IMG/VR virus record: IMGVR_UViG_3300016665_000507
Location: 1-38,002 of that record
Strand: one strand, 5' to 3'
DNA: 38,002 nt
Source of the DNA: a virus
Taxonomy: Duplodnaviria; Caudoviricetes
Shown: positions 15,433 through 25,021 of the stretch, piece by piece
Layout of the letters: every line of letters begins with the position of its first letter
Position numbering within the stretch: position 1 is the stretch's first letter
Position numbers and translations under genes: made by a program
Notes under the pieces: generated by a model
What the model saw: the letters and a program-made list of their open reading frames with translations, nothing else
The model's database searches: none
Told to the model about the DNA's origin: nothing

Positions 15433-15707
15433 CCACCGAAGACGAAATCCGCCGCGTGCTGCACCCCGATGCGCATGAGCGCCTGGGCGATGCCGCCAAG
15501 CCCGTGCGCCCCATCGGGCGCGGACAGCCGCCCCTTGGCTGCGATCAGCAGGGCCGTTACCCGCAGGCTGCGGAGCCGTGTGTCGATCTGGACGAGCTTG
15601 GCGTGCGGTTGCCCGAGCCCGAGCCGTGGTGGCACGATTGGGTGCTGGTGGCCGTGGCGCTGCTGGTGTTGGGGTTGGTGTTTGCGCCGTTGGGGGTGCT
15701 GAAATGA
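15429..15707 (+). CDS. Hypothetical protein with C-terminal transmembrane helix
   Basis: GGAG RBS; WVLVAVALLVLGLVFAPLGVL. Confidence 0.7.
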   Translation: MTTEDEIRRVLHPDAHERLGDAAKPVRPIGRGQPPLGCDQQGRYPQAAEPCVDLDELGVRLPEPEPWWHDWVLVAVALLVLGLVFAPLGVLK

Positions 15708-15835
15708 CCATCAACCCCCGAGCCTTCCTTCGCCGCTGCTTTGCCTGCAACCGCGACATGCGCGACCACCCGGGCAGCAGTCTGCGGCATGGAATCTGGA
15801 GATGTTCGGAATGCACGAGGAAGGAGAAGCAATGA
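15704..15835 (+). CDS. Small zinc-finger protein, 43 aa
   Basis: CFAC...WRCSEC; ATGA overlaps at both ends. Confidence 0.7.
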   Translation: MTINPRAFLRRCFACNRDMRDHPGSSLRHGIWRCSECTRKEKQ

Positions 15836-16428
15836 ATACCATCACCATCGACCGCGCCGTGGTGGAGCAGGCGCTGGAGGCGTTGGAAGTGGCGACGACG
15901 CCGCTGGCAAAGGACAGACAGGAGGTGCTGCGGGCACAAGCCGCCCTCCGCGCCGCGCTGGCGCAGGAGCAGGCCGAGCCGGTGCAGGAGCCGGTGGCGA
16001 AAGTGGAGTTGATGACGACTGGCGGAAACGCCGGACTTGCCACACGGATCGTAGAGATTGACGACCATCTGCGGGAGCGGTTGCGCCCCGGACAACTGCT
16101 CTACACCGCCCCGCCCCGCTGCCCCAACTGCGCGTCGCTGGAGGCACAGAACACCGAGCTTGACCGCAAGCTGGCGGAGTTGGAGCAGGCAGAGCCGGTG
16201 CAGGAGGAGCCGATTGGTTACCTGTGGCCGACCGGCATGCACCCTGAGTTCCGGTTCACTCAGCAGAAACGCGATGGCGTTGATGGGACACCTGTCTACA
16301 CCGCCCCACCCCAGCGCAAGCCGCTGACGGAGGAGGAGATTTACCGCGCCACGGGGCATTGCGGTGTGAGCAAGTACACGGCGATCACCATTACCCGCGC
16401 CGTCGAGCGGGCGCATGGAATCACATGA
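15832..16428 (+). CDS. Modular phage accessory protein (QEPV / YTAPP repeat type)
   Basis: AAGGAG RBS; duplicated EQAEPVQE and YTAPP joints; ends RAVERAHGI. Confidence 0.75.
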   Translation: MNTITIDRAVVEQALEALEVATTPLAKDRQEVLRAQAALRAALAQEQAEPVQEPVAKVELMTTGGNAGLATRIVEIDDHLRERLRPGQLLYTAPPRCPNCASLEAQNTELDRKLAELEQAEPVQEEPIGYLWPTGMHPEFRFTQQKRDGVDGTPVYTAPPQRKPLTEEEIYRATGHCGVSKYTAITITRAVERAHGIT

Positions 16429-16607
16429 AATGCCCCCTTTGCGGAGCCTGGGCCACCAAGCTGGAAACGCGCTCCAACGCTACCGAAAACACCACCAGAC
16501 GGAGATACAAATGCGGCAACCTGCACCGATTCTCGACAGAAGAACGGGTAATAAGTCCGGGCGTATCTCGTCGACCACGAAAACGAAAAGTAGACTCGAC
16601 TTATTGA
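16425..16607 (+). CDS. Zinc-ribbon protein (NrdR-N/Ogr-Delta-like), possible late transcription activator
   Basis: MKCPLCG..ETR..RRRYKCGNLHRFSTEE; basic tail; last gene of the + arm. Confidence 0.7.
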   Translation: MKCPLCGAWATKLETRSNATENTTRRRYKCGNLHRFSTEERVISPGVSRRPRKRKVDSTY

Positions 16608-17161
16608 TGTGGCGGCGAGGCTATGGTCTCGTAAGCTCGTTGGCACGCAGCGCCTGCAATACCCCGTGCGTCGGCTATTGAAGCAAGTTCTCCAGCAGCT
16701 TGCGTAAGCCTTCGGAGCAAGTTGGTGAGCATAGCTCCGGGGTCTTGGGTTGTCGCGCCTCGGGCGGCAAAGCTGGGATCTGGGCCGGCTGAATCGCGGG
16801 TGGGATTGGCACATTGGGCGGCGACGACTTCGACACGACGCTGCAAGCTGTCAGCAGCATCACGGGCACGGACAGCAGCATTTTGAGCAACGCGAACTTG
16901 AGTTTGAGCATGATTCTGGACCTCCTGATGCTTGGTGCGCCAATGTGCTTCATTTTGACGAGCTTGTTCGATTGCTGCAGCCAAAGTTAGAGCAGCAGCG
17001 GCGCGTTCGGCCGCTCGGTCGGATCGCTCCTCGGCAAGAGTCGTACGTAGCCGCTCGGCGCGGCGCTCAGCATTAACCTTGCCCAGGTGGACGTAGATGC
17101 CCGCCGCCATCAGCAGGACGCACAGAGCACCCCACAGCAGATTCAGCCCTCGCCCAAGCAT
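16601..17161 (-). CDS. Rz: Inner-membrane spanin
   Basis: N-terminal TM helix, coiled coil, C-terminal Cys; follows the endolysin. Confidence 0.8.
   Translation of the reverse strand: MLGRGLNLLWGALCVLLMAAGIYVHLGKVNAERRAERLRTTLAEERSDRAAERAAAALTLAAAIEQARQNEAHWRTKHQEVQNHAQTQVRVAQNAAVRARDAADSLQRRVEVVAAQCANPTRDSAGPDPSFAARGATTQDPGAMLTNLLRRLTQAAGELASIADARGIAGAACQRAYETIASPPHQ
16675..16911 (-). CDS. Rz1: Outer-membrane spanin lipoprotein fully embedded in Rz
   Basis: GGAGG RBS; signal peptide with LLTAC lipobox; Pro-rich mature part. Confidence 0.8.
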   Translation of the reverse strand: MLKLKFALLKMLLSVPVMLLTACSVVSKSSPPNVPIPPAIQPAQIPALPPEARQPKTPELCSPTCSEGLRKLLENLLQ

Positions 17162-17607
17162 TTGCGGTGCTCCTCTTGACGGCGGTAGGTCAAGCCCCGC
17201 AGCGGTGCGCCTTGGAAGCGATCCCAGCGCAGAATCTGGTCACACGCTTCCCGATACTGGCCCGCGTTAAGCAGCCGCACCAGCGTTGAGCCGCAGAACG
17301 CGCCCGGGCCGATGTTGTACGCCAGGCTCAGGAAAGCGTCGTATTCGTGCTGGTGCAGCGGCACGCGCACGCACTGGCGCAGAGCGCCCTCAAAGCGCTG
17401 CACATCGGCCAGCTTGCGCGTAAGGGCCTGCACAGGGTCTATGCGGTCGCCCATCTTTACGCCGTCAGTGGTGCCGAAGCCGATGGTCGGCACGTCACCG
17501 GGCACGGGCCGGTACGCTATGGGGCTGTAGCCCTCATGCACGGCAATGCCCACCAGCGCCGTCGCAGACAGCGCCAGTGCACTGATGGCAACGCGGGCTT
17601 TGTTCAC
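17143..17607 (-). CDS. SAR endolysin (GH24 lysozyme)
   Basis: GTG start overlapping the holin stop; Ala-rich N-terminal SAR helix; HEG..Y..GDVPTIGFG; AYNIG; GLTYRRQEE. Confidence 0.92.
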   Translation of the reverse strand: MNKARVAISALALSATALVGIAVHEGYSPIAYRPVPGDVPTIGFGTTDGVKMGDRIDPVQALTRKLADVQRFEGALRQCVRVPLHQHEYDAFLSLAYNIGPGAFCGSTLVRLLNAGQYREACDQILRWDRFQGAPLRGLTYRRQEEHRKCLGEG

Positions 17608-17813
17608 TCGCTCACCGGCTGCTTGCCGAAGTGAATCCGCCCCCATCGGTACAGCAGGAAGCCGATCTGCAGCACCAAGTACAGCAGCGTCGCCCACAGA
17701 ATGAGGTCGTTGACCGTGATGCCGGCCAGCGTCGCGCCGGCCACTGCCACGGGGGGGCTTGCTTTAGCCGCCTCGTTGGCGATGTCGGCTTTCTGTTGCA
17801 TGGTCAGGCTCAT
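17604..17813 (-). CDS. Holin
   Basis: 69 aa, hydrophobic LILWATLLYLVLQIGFLLY segment, directly upstream of the endolysin. Confidence 0.75.
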   Translation of the reverse strand: MSLTMQQKADIANEAAKASPPVAVAGATLAGITVNDLILWATLLYLVLQIGFLLYRWGRIHFGKQPVSE

Positions 17814-17820
17814 GATACCG

Positions 17821-18096
17821 TCAGAGTGGAGGTTGAACTTCTGCCGCTCGGGCCTCAATCTCAAGCGGGTTGTTGCGGTAGCCGTGGCGCAGCCACAGCC
17901 AGATGTAGGCGGCGTAGAACCGCACCGTGCCCATGCGCTGCCACTGCCGCCAGTGCGCCTGCTCGTGCCGTATCAGGCGCTGGCTGCCGAGGTGCTCGGC
18001 CAGGATGTAGATGCCCAGCGGCGGCAGCGTGATGCCTCCGTACCCGAAGGTGCGCAGGAACCAGCGGACGATGTGGCGTGCGGGTTTCGGGTTCAC
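17821..18096 (-). CDS. Small HExxH zincin-like protein (DUF4157-like)
   Basis: LIRHEQAHWRQW..Y..GYRNNPLEIEAR. Confidence 0.7.
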   Translation of the reverse strand: MNPKPARHIVRWFLRTFGYGGITLPPLGIYILAEHLGSQRLIRHEQAHWRQWQRMGTVRFYAAYIWLWLRHGYRNNPLEIEARAAEVQPPL

Positions 18097-18097
18097 A

Positions 18098-18451
18098 TCA
18101 GAGTCCTTGGCCCGGTGTCATGTACACCGTTGCCGCGCTGGCCGCGAAACCGCTGAAGAACAGTTCGGGCGCGAACCGGAGGATTTCGACGGCTCCCGGC
18201 AGCAGCGGCACAGCCGACGACGGATTGCCGGCAGTGGCAGCAGCAGCCGCAGTAGCCGCTTCGGCTGCTGTGTTACCGAATCCCAGCCATACCAACACAG
18301 CACCTGCATTGACGACGCGGAATTGCCCGGACGCTGATGACCGGTATCTCTGCGGCACCAGCACTTGAATGCCGGTAGGTGCCGGATTATTGGCCGCGAC
18401 GACGACGGTCTGGCCTTCGGGGATCCAGGCGATTTGGCTGTTGGTGGACAT
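18098..18451 (-). CDS. Hypothetical (probably virion) protein, 117 aa
   Basis: AAGGAG RBS before ATG 18451; ends VYMTPGQGL. Confidence 0.7.
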   Translation of the reverse strand: MSTNSQIAWIPEGQTVVVAANNPAPTGIQVLVPQRYRSSASGQFRVVNAGAVLVWLGFGNTAAEAATAAAAATAGNPSSAVPLLPGAVEILRFAPELFFSGFAASAATVYMTPGQGL

Positions 18452-18453
18452 GA

Positions 18454-18621
18454 TCAAGCTCCTTTCTCTGCCGACTTCGCGGCGTGATCGTTCATCGCCT
18501 GCTGTGTTTTGACGGCCAGCGGCAGCGCGAGTTGCGCGGCGTTGATCCCCTGGGCACGGACAGCCATGTCGAGGAGATTCAGCAGGTTTTGCGCCTCGTC
18601 GGCGGTGAGTTCGATATTCAT
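18454..18621 (-). CDS. Small helical protein, 55 aa, possible tail-fibre chaperone (not in the ORF track)
   Basis: TAATG coupling to the upstream gene; MNIELTADEAQNLLNLLDMAVRAQG... Confidence 0.65.
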   Translation of the reverse strand: MNIELTADEAQNLLNLLDMAVRAQGINAAQLALPLAVKTQQAMNDHAAKSAEKGA

Positions 18622-19166
18622 TACGGTTCGATTGCAATTTGTTGAGCTGCGCCCGAGGCAAACAAGGCCATCAAGCGGGTCTTGCCGCTACCGTTGTCTT
18701 CCGCGTAAATGCGAACAGAATTGGTGGGTGGTGCGGTCGGTGCAGTCATTTCTGACATTTGCAGAGTCGCCCCCGCAGAAGAGCCGGACAGACGAACAAT
18801 ATCCGCAGCGGCCGCGTCAAAAGACGCCCTACCTGGCCACACCAAATAACCAGCGGCCGCCATAGTGACGCCGCCGCTCGTCGTGATATTCCCTGATAGC
18901 GTCAAATTACCTGCTTTTGACACGCTAAATCTGCTAACCCCGCCAACCTGTAGGTTTAGCAGGTTTGCGGAAGCGCCAGACGAAGTGTCAGTAACATTGA
19001 CTTTGATTGCAGATGGCGAGCCGGTAGTATTCCAAGTCGTCGCCAAGTCAATGACAGAGCTTGCACTCGATCCTGTGAGCGACTGGCCAGAAAGCGTCAA
19101 CGCTCCAGTGGACGGTGTGATGCCGAACGAGTTCAGCACCTGCGTGACCGAAAACCCTTTGATCAT
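18621..19166 (-). CDS. Tail fibre-like protein, 181 aa
   Basis: AAGGAG RBS; Ser/Thr/Gly-rich beta-strand repeats; follows the tailspike. Confidence 0.6.
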   Translation of the reverse strand: MIKGFSVTQVLNSFGITPSTGALTLSGQSLTGSSASSVIDLATTWNTTGSPSAIKVNVTDTSSGASANLLNLQVGGVSRFSVSKAGNLTLSGNITTSGGVTMAAAGYLVWPGRASFDAAAADIVRLSGSSAGATLQMSEMTAPTAPPTNSVRIYAEDNGSGKTRLMALFASGAAQQIAIEP

Positions 19167-19194
19167 TCTGAAACTCCTTGCCGTGCTATCGTGT

Positions 19195-20964
19195 TTACAC
19201 GATTGATGTGATCAGTCCCATGGTGACCGTCACCGTTTTGCCATCGGCGGTCGTGAAAGTTCCGGTCGATCCTTGGGTGCCATTGATGCGCAAAATGTTG
19301 CACACAAGATCAATGTCGTTGCTTCCAAGATTGACGTCGATTCGGCAAGAAGCACCTCTCTGCAACCGCAAAGGATTGCCACCAGACGAGATCGTTAGCC
19401 CCGATCCGCTTGAAAGTGACATTCCACCGGAAGCATAGAGACCCAAACCCCCATACGTGCGCACGCCAACGCTGGGGCCGCCCGTAGAATTTCCGCCCGT
19501 AACAATTACCGAAGGCTCTAGAGGACTGTTGACACTTTCAAACAACGAAGATTTCACCGCGCCGCTTGCCACTAACTCACCGAAGTCGCCATCGAACGAC
19601 CATTGCGATGGGTAAGCTGTTCTGAATACGTACCCTGCGGGATTGGCGCCAATAATGTTTGGCATATCCGACACATGCACGTTCATCGGAGATCCGTGGA
19701 ACTGCGAATTGTCGATGAGGTATGCCCCTGCGCTCAAAGTTCCTTGCGCAAATACTGAACGTACCGTGGCTGTTCCCCCGGTTCCTTTGAAGTAGAACGC
19801 GGAGGCAGTCGGAATGCACTCCAAGTGACACACGTCGATGACGATATTCTTTACAACCGGCGCAGCCAGGGTGTCGAAGAACACGCCATAGACGGGATTG
19901 AAACCTTCGATGATTGAGTCCCGGATGGACACGTCGCTCGTTGCGATAACCGCAATCGAAGACGTCGCGCCCGCCCGGTTGTAAATGCGGCAAGACTGCA
20001 CTGTCGAGCTATTGGACTGACTGTTGATGACGCTTGCACCAGCCCAATCGCCGTGTCGCAACACGATAGATTCGGTTACGTTGTCAGTGAAAAAACAGTT
20101 GCGAATGACCGCCTTCAATCCGAACCTAAAGATCAAACCTTTATCCAGACTGACAAAATAGCAGTTGTCTACCAACGCCCCGTAGGTGGAGCCGATCGAC
20201 ACACCGACCTGCCCGGATGACCCGCTTCCTTGAAACGTCAGATTCCTGATAGTCAGGGTATTGTTTGCGATGGTGTTGAGCGCATTTGTCTGATCGGACG
20301 GATTGCGCGAAAGCAACGTAATCGCGCTGCTGGTACGGATGATGGTTCCCAACGGTGCGTCAAACACCCACTTGGCTGTCGCATTGACGGGCAGTGTCAC
20401 ACCGGAGTTGAACCGATAGGTCCCCTTCGGAAACCAGAGGTACGCGCCATTCGTTGCGTTGGCGTCAATCGCCGCCTGCACCGCCCCGGACACATCGACC
20501 GAGTAGGCATTCGACTGCACATCCGCGATCTGCGCGGATGTCATAAAGTCGAACACGCTCACCACATCCCGCAGCTTGCTCTGCGCCGTGCGCGTGACGG
20601 CGCCGGTGCCGGCTTGCAAGAACGACACCTCGGCCGACGACACCCCGGTGATCACCGGATCGGAATACCTCTCCGTCGCCGCCGGCGCCGAATAGATCGT
20701 GGACCCGTTCTTGTTCTGCACCAGAATCGAGTAATCGCTGCCAACGTACAGCCGCGCAGGCGTGCCGGCGTTCACCGGGTAGCCGCCGCGGGTGCGCACC
20801 GGCAGGGCCGCAGGCTGCGTCAGCGCGGCGTCCCAGTACACGGAAACAGGGTTGCCAATTGGCGGCAGGTTGGCCACGCCGATCCAGATGTAGCCGTCTT
20901 CGAGGGGCTGGCCGTCGATGTCGGTGATGAGGGGATACGGGGGCTGGATGCTGAGGGTGGTCAT
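19195..20964 (-). CDS. Tailspike: P22-like head-binding N-domain + pectate-lyase-like beta-helix
   Basis: DIDGQPLEDGYIWIGVAN..PVSVYWD head-binding domain; GTGAVTRTAQSKLRDVVSVFDF; QAAID..FPKGTY. Confidence 0.88.
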   Translation of the reverse strand: MTTLSIQPPYPLITDIDGQPLEDGYIWIGVANLPPIGNPVSVYWDAALTQPAALPVRTRGGYPVNAGTPARLYVGSDYSILVQNKNGSTIYSAPAATERYSDPVITGVSSAEVSFLQAGTGAVTRTAQSKLRDVVSVFDFMTSAQIADVQSNAYSVDVSGAVQAAIDANATNGAYLWFPKGTYRFNSGVTLPVNATAKWVFDAPLGTIIRTSSAITLLSRNPSDQTNALNTIANNTLTIRNLTFQGSGSSGQVGVSIGSTYGALVDNCYFVSLDKGLIFRFGLKAVIRNCFFTDNVTESIVLRHGDWAGASVINSQSNSSTVQSCRIYNRAGATSSIAVIATSDVSIRDSIIEGFNPVYGVFFDTLAAPVVKNIVIDVCHLECIPTASAFYFKGTGGTATVRSVFAQGTLSAGAYLIDNSQFHGSPMNVHVSDMPNIIGANPAGYVFRTAYPSQWSFDGDFGELVASGAVKSSLFESVNSPLEPSVIVTGGNSTGGPSVGVRTYGGLGLYASGGMSLSSGSGLTISSGGNPLRLQRGASCRIDVNLGSNDIDLVCNILRINGTQGSTGTFTTADGKTVTVTMGLITSIV

Positions 20965-23456
20965 TGCTTATTCTCCTGGGGGGCAGGTACCTTGAGTGCG
21001 GATAGACCGGAAATCAAAGCCATTTCTTCGCCGGGTCTAGCAGCAGCGACTTTTCTCAAAAATTCACGCATGGCCGGCGATTCATAGATTCGAGCCGCAG
21101 CACCTAGAGTACCAGCTCCCATGCCGGTAGCCATAGTTCCGAGTGTACCACCACCGAAGAGGGTATACAACCCCGCAAGTGGCAGTCCAGCAGCGCCAGT
21201 TACCGCCGCCGCCGAACCAGCCATCTTGGCCATTGAAGGTTCTTCAGCCGCTCGAGCCGATACTTCACCAGCCCTCCGTGTTGCGTTCAGAACTTTAACC
21301 AGTCCTTCAACACGTTTTAGATCGTCACCACTGAAAAACACATTAACCGATTCACCGAGATTTTTGACGCTCTCCGCGAACTTGGTCGGGTCGAAAGTAG
21401 TACCAGTTCCAGTCTCGACCTCGGATTCACGGGCGGCTCTTGAGATGATCGCTGCTCTTGCGACAGATCGACCGTTCGGTGTCAGATTATCGTACAGTCC
21501 TTTGATGACACTCGGATATTTGCTGAACAACATGTTCTCAACGATTTCGGGTGTAACTTGGCCCTTATCGAGAGTGCGTTTCAGTATGTCCATGTCGAGC
21601 TGATCGACTTGGTCTTTCAACCGAGCATTGGCGATTTTCCATTTGGTGAAATCCCTTCGCTCACCATTGTTCTGGATGAACGCACCCATATCGTCCCGGA
21701 GACTTTTGTAAATGCTCGAAACGGCCTTTTCAGATACGGTGCGCATATTCAAAAGTTCAGGCGTGCTGAATTGTTCACCTAAACTCGAACGCAACTGTTC
21801 GATTTCTTGGATGTTTTTACCAGGAAGAGCCGCCTTCCAGTCTTCAAGAATTTTGATCGCCGGCTCATAGATCTTGCCCTTCTTGTTCAGTTCTTTCAAA
21901 CTGACCAGTTCCTGACGAAGAGCCGCCAATTGTTCTTGTTTATAACCTTTCGGTAGCTCGAGCCGTGAAGCGCGTAATGATTTGATCTGATCTTGGACGG
22001 CACTGATTTCGTCGTCGAGTCCTTTCGATTGGAAACTACGAAGACGGGCGATCTGGTCGTCTATAGCATTTACGACATTCGGAAGTGGTACTTCACCGGC
22101 AGGTGCAAGACGTTCGAAAACGTCTTGTTTCATATTCCTGTACTTATTCACCTCCCCAGATCTCTTTGCCAGCAGGTCACCGACCAATCCTTCTGGCAAA
22201 GATTGATATTGAAACGGATTTACGACACCTGGGTCAGCGTATTCGCGAAGCACATCACGAACTGCCGCGACTCTGGCTTCCTGTTGTGCTAGTCGAGGAC
22301 GGGTAGTGCCAAGAAGTGGCACAGCTTCACCTGCGCGTTGAATACCACGAGTAATGCCGGTTTGCGGTGGTGAAATGTCCGACCGCATCAACGGAATACC
22401 GGCACGAGACGCCGCTTCTTCGATCGCAGACGGCTGCCCCGGTTGAGAGGTAATGGAAATCGATCTTGGACTCGTCGCCAAGCCAGCCGCGACCCCACCT
22501 CCGATACCAGCCAGTAATTGACCGACCGGACCTGCACCAGACTCGACAGCAGCTTGCGTGGCACCCCCAGCACCACCACCGGCGGCGATCTGTGCGCCGG
22601 GCATAGCAGCCAATTGCCCGGCCACTACTTGACCGGTTGGGCTGGTTATCGCGGTCGCGGCTTGTCGAGCAGCAGCGACCCCACCCCCAGCTTGTGCCGC
22701 GCCCCCAGCGATTTTTTGTACGATTCGTTCGACCTCGTTAGCCGGCTCAGGGACACCCGCTTCGGTAAGAATCGTCGACATCACACCCTGCAATGTCTTC
22801 AGACGCTTCTCTGGCGGCACGAATTGATTAATGATAGCGGCGACCGGATCGGTGAACGTGCCGACCAACCCAGCCACCCCTTCTGCACCGGCTCGAGCAG
22901 TAAGACCCAATTGTCGCCCGACCTCCGAGAGAATTCCTCGAGAGGGCACTTCCGGGGCAGTCTGAGCGGGGGCCGCTATCCTAGTAGCGGCCGGTACAGT
23001 CGGTGCGGTCGGAGGTACCACCGGAGCCGCTGCCGAGGCAGTCGGGGACGCCGGCATAGCCCCCTGTCCGGCTGCCGGTGCACCTCCACGACGCGATATT
23101 TCTCGCGACACCGCTTCCACGTTTGCTTGTGCCCGCACAACAGCTTCAGCGGCTCCAGGTTGGCCCGCAGTTGCCGCTTGTCTCGCCGCTTCTAATGCGC
23201 GCTGCTCTCTTGCTCGCTCTTGTTCTAGGATAGTCAATGCCGCGGCATCGCGCTCGGCTTGGACTTGTGGGGGGATCACATTGGCTTGACGAAGAGACTC
23301 GGCAGCTGGCGGCAAAACCGGAGCAGCAGCTTGGGGAGCAGCAGCTTGAGTTTTCGACTGTTGATGGAATTGCCAGCCCCAAGACCAAGCTGTCTTTTCA
23401 TCAGGCGCATCGACTTCATAATCGACGCCTTCAACATTGACGCGGAATTTAGCCAT
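20961..23456 (-). CDS. Large DNA ejection protein (P22 gp16 position)
   Basis: 831 aa; Gly/Ala-rich hydrophobic segments plus helical region; third gene of the ejection trio. Confidence 0.7.
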   Translation of the reverse strand: MAKFRVNVEGVDYEVDAPDEKTAWSWGWQFHQQSKTQAAAPQAAAPVLPPAAESLRQANVIPPQVQAERDAAALTILEQERAREQRALEAARQAATAGQPGAAEAVVRAQANVEAVSREISRRGGAPAAGQGAMPASPTASAAAPVVPPTAPTVPAATRIAAPAQTAPEVPSRGILSEVGRQLGLTARAGAEGVAGLVGTFTDPVAAIINQFVPPEKRLKTLQGVMSTILTEAGVPEPANEVERIVQKIAGGAAQAGGGVAAARQAATAITSPTGQVVAGQLAAMPGAQIAAGGGAGGATQAAVESGAGPVGQLLAGIGGGVAAGLATSPRSISITSQPGQPSAIEEAASRAGIPLMRSDISPPQTGITRGIQRAGEAVPLLGTTRPRLAQQEARVAAVRDVLREYADPGVVNPFQYQSLPEGLVGDLLAKRSGEVNKYRNMKQDVFERLAPAGEVPLPNVVNAIDDQIARLRSFQSKGLDDEISAVQDQIKSLRASRLELPKGYKQEQLAALRQELVSLKELNKKGKIYEPAIKILEDWKAALPGKNIQEIEQLRSSLGEQFSTPELLNMRTVSEKAVSSIYKSLRDDMGAFIQNNGERRDFTKWKIANARLKDQVDQLDMDILKRTLDKGQVTPEIVENMLFSKYPSVIKGLYDNLTPNGRSVARAAIISRAARESEVETGTGTTFDPTKFAESVKNLGESVNVFFSGDDLKRVEGLVKVLNATRRAGEVSARAAEEPSMAKMAGSAAAVTGAAGLPLAGLYTLFGGGTLGTMATGMGAGTLGAAARIYESPAMREFLRKVAAARPGEEMALISGLSALKVPAPQENKQ

Positions 23457-23467
23457 GGTTTATCCCG

Positions 23468-25012
23468 TCACTGAATGCGACGCACAGCGCCTGCAGGCAT
23501 CGGTGGAATACCGCCCGCTGGAACAACAGGAGTTACTGGAACTACCGCACCTGGGGGCGGAGTCGTGGATGGTTGAGTGGCGGGGGAGACGCCAGCAGTG
23601 GGCGCTGGAGTTGGTGCCTCTTGTTCCGGTTGAGAGATTCTCGCAAATCCGAATTTCTCAGCGTTCGGGTACGCAGCGGCTTTCTCGTAGATTTTCTTGA
23701 TACGACCGATGTTTTCCAACAAGACTTTGTTGTCTTGGTCGAGACTAATCGAGCCTAGTACCGATTGCAGAAACGCTAACTCTCGCTCCGTGATGTTACC
23801 GAGAGCGCCGCCCGTTGGACTTTCCGCCCGCATTTGAGCGAGCCGGTCGAAGCCGATATTGGCTTTGACGGTGTCAAGATTACCTTGTGCGGCGGTACGG
23901 GCCGAACCCAATACTTTTTCAGCTGCGCGGCCAGAAATACCAGTCACAGGGTTGAATATGGATTCATTCTTAACCAATCTCTCCAAACGGGTCAGTTCAT
24001 CAACAATGATCATGCCGGACAAACCGGCCTGAGTTTCACGGGTGGTAGCGGCCCTTGCTTCTTTTTCCAGCTCTCGAGCCGTTTTACTGCCCGGAATGAC
24101 TTCTAATCGGTTCGGATTACCGGCATCGTCATATATCATCCGGTAGTCAGGCGGAATATTGCCGATATTGGGCGGCATTTTTACCGTAACGCCCGCGCCG
24201 CCGATTGCCGAAATTTCCCCCGTCTTGTCGTTCCGCTTAAACACGGTATTCGCCGGGACATCGATCCCAAATCGCGACTTCATATCAGCCGGCGTCAACA
24301 CACTAAAATTGGTCGGCGTTCCCTCTGCTTCCAACTTCTTGATGTTAGCTTGAGCGAGCCGCTCCGCATACTTCGCATCTATGGCCGCCTTTTCGGCGTC
24401 AGAGCCAGCCTTTGCCAATTCAGCGGCACGCTGAGCCATCAATCGCGGGAAATCGGCAGCAGTCCGTCGCGCTTCAGCAGCATCGGCCACGGATTTCAAC
24501 ATCGCACGGCCAGATTCATCAGCGGCGATAACTGGCGCCACGATCTTCATCGCATTCGTGGGATCATTCTGAATCATGGCCGCAAGCCGATTAACCGATT
24601 CGGCTTCATCCGGATTCGCCTCCCCACGTTTCCGCAGAATGTCCAAAGCGACAGGTACTCTATCGGCTTCGATTGCGGACACAACTTCACTCATACTTCG
24701 CATGTACGCGTTGCGTTGCTCTTTCGGGATTTCCGACAACAGACCGCCGATATTCTTTTGGACATTTTCCGGCATCAAAGTCGCGAGCCGAAGAATATCA
24801 GTAGTCGTTGGCTTCGGCAAAGCCATGAAGCGCGCTTGTTCGTTGCGAAAAGCACGTTCTTTTTCTTGCCGATCCTTAAGTTCGGCAGCTTTTACGGCAG
24901 CTTGTTGTTGTGCGGCCTGTGATTGGGCCATGGCCACACCCAATTGGGCGCCTTGCAATAATGGGCTGGTCGTGTTCTCGGTGATATATTGGAACGGTTG
25001 AACGATAGCCAT
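23468..25012 (-). CDS. DNA ejection protein (P22 gp20 position)
   Basis: Helical Gln/Ala-rich protein; GALGNITERELAFL motif; synteny. Confidence 0.7.
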   Translation of the reverse strand: MAIVQPFQYITENTTSPLLQGAQLGVAMAQSQAAQQQAAVKAAELKDRQEKERAFRNEQARFMALPKPTTTDILRLATLMPENVQKNIGGLLSEIPKEQRNAYMRSMSEVVSAIEADRVPVALDILRKRGEANPDEAESVNRLAAMIQNDPTNAMKIVAPVIAADESGRAMLKSVADAAEARRTAADFPRLMAQRAAELAKAGSDAEKAAIDAKYAERLAQANIKKLEAEGTPTNFSVLTPADMKSRFGIDVPANTVFKRNDKTGEISAIGGAGVTVKMPPNIGNIPPDYRMIYDDAGNPNRLEVIPGSKTARELEKEARAATTRETQAGLSGMIIVDELTRLERLVKNESIFNPVTGISGRAAEKVLGSARTAAQGNLDTVKANIGFDRLAQMRAESPTGGALGNITERELAFLQSVLGSISLDQDNKVLLENIGRIKKIYEKAAAYPNAEKFGFARISQPEQEAPTPAPTAGVSPATQPSTTPPPGAVVPVTPVVPAGGIPPMPAGAVRRIQ

Positions 25013-25021
25013 AGGTCACCC

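Noticed and set aside
17799-17813. Lambda S-type dual-start holin/antiholin (MSLTM)
   Set aside because: There is no positively charged residue between the two Met codons and no evident structure controlling start choice; support is too weak.
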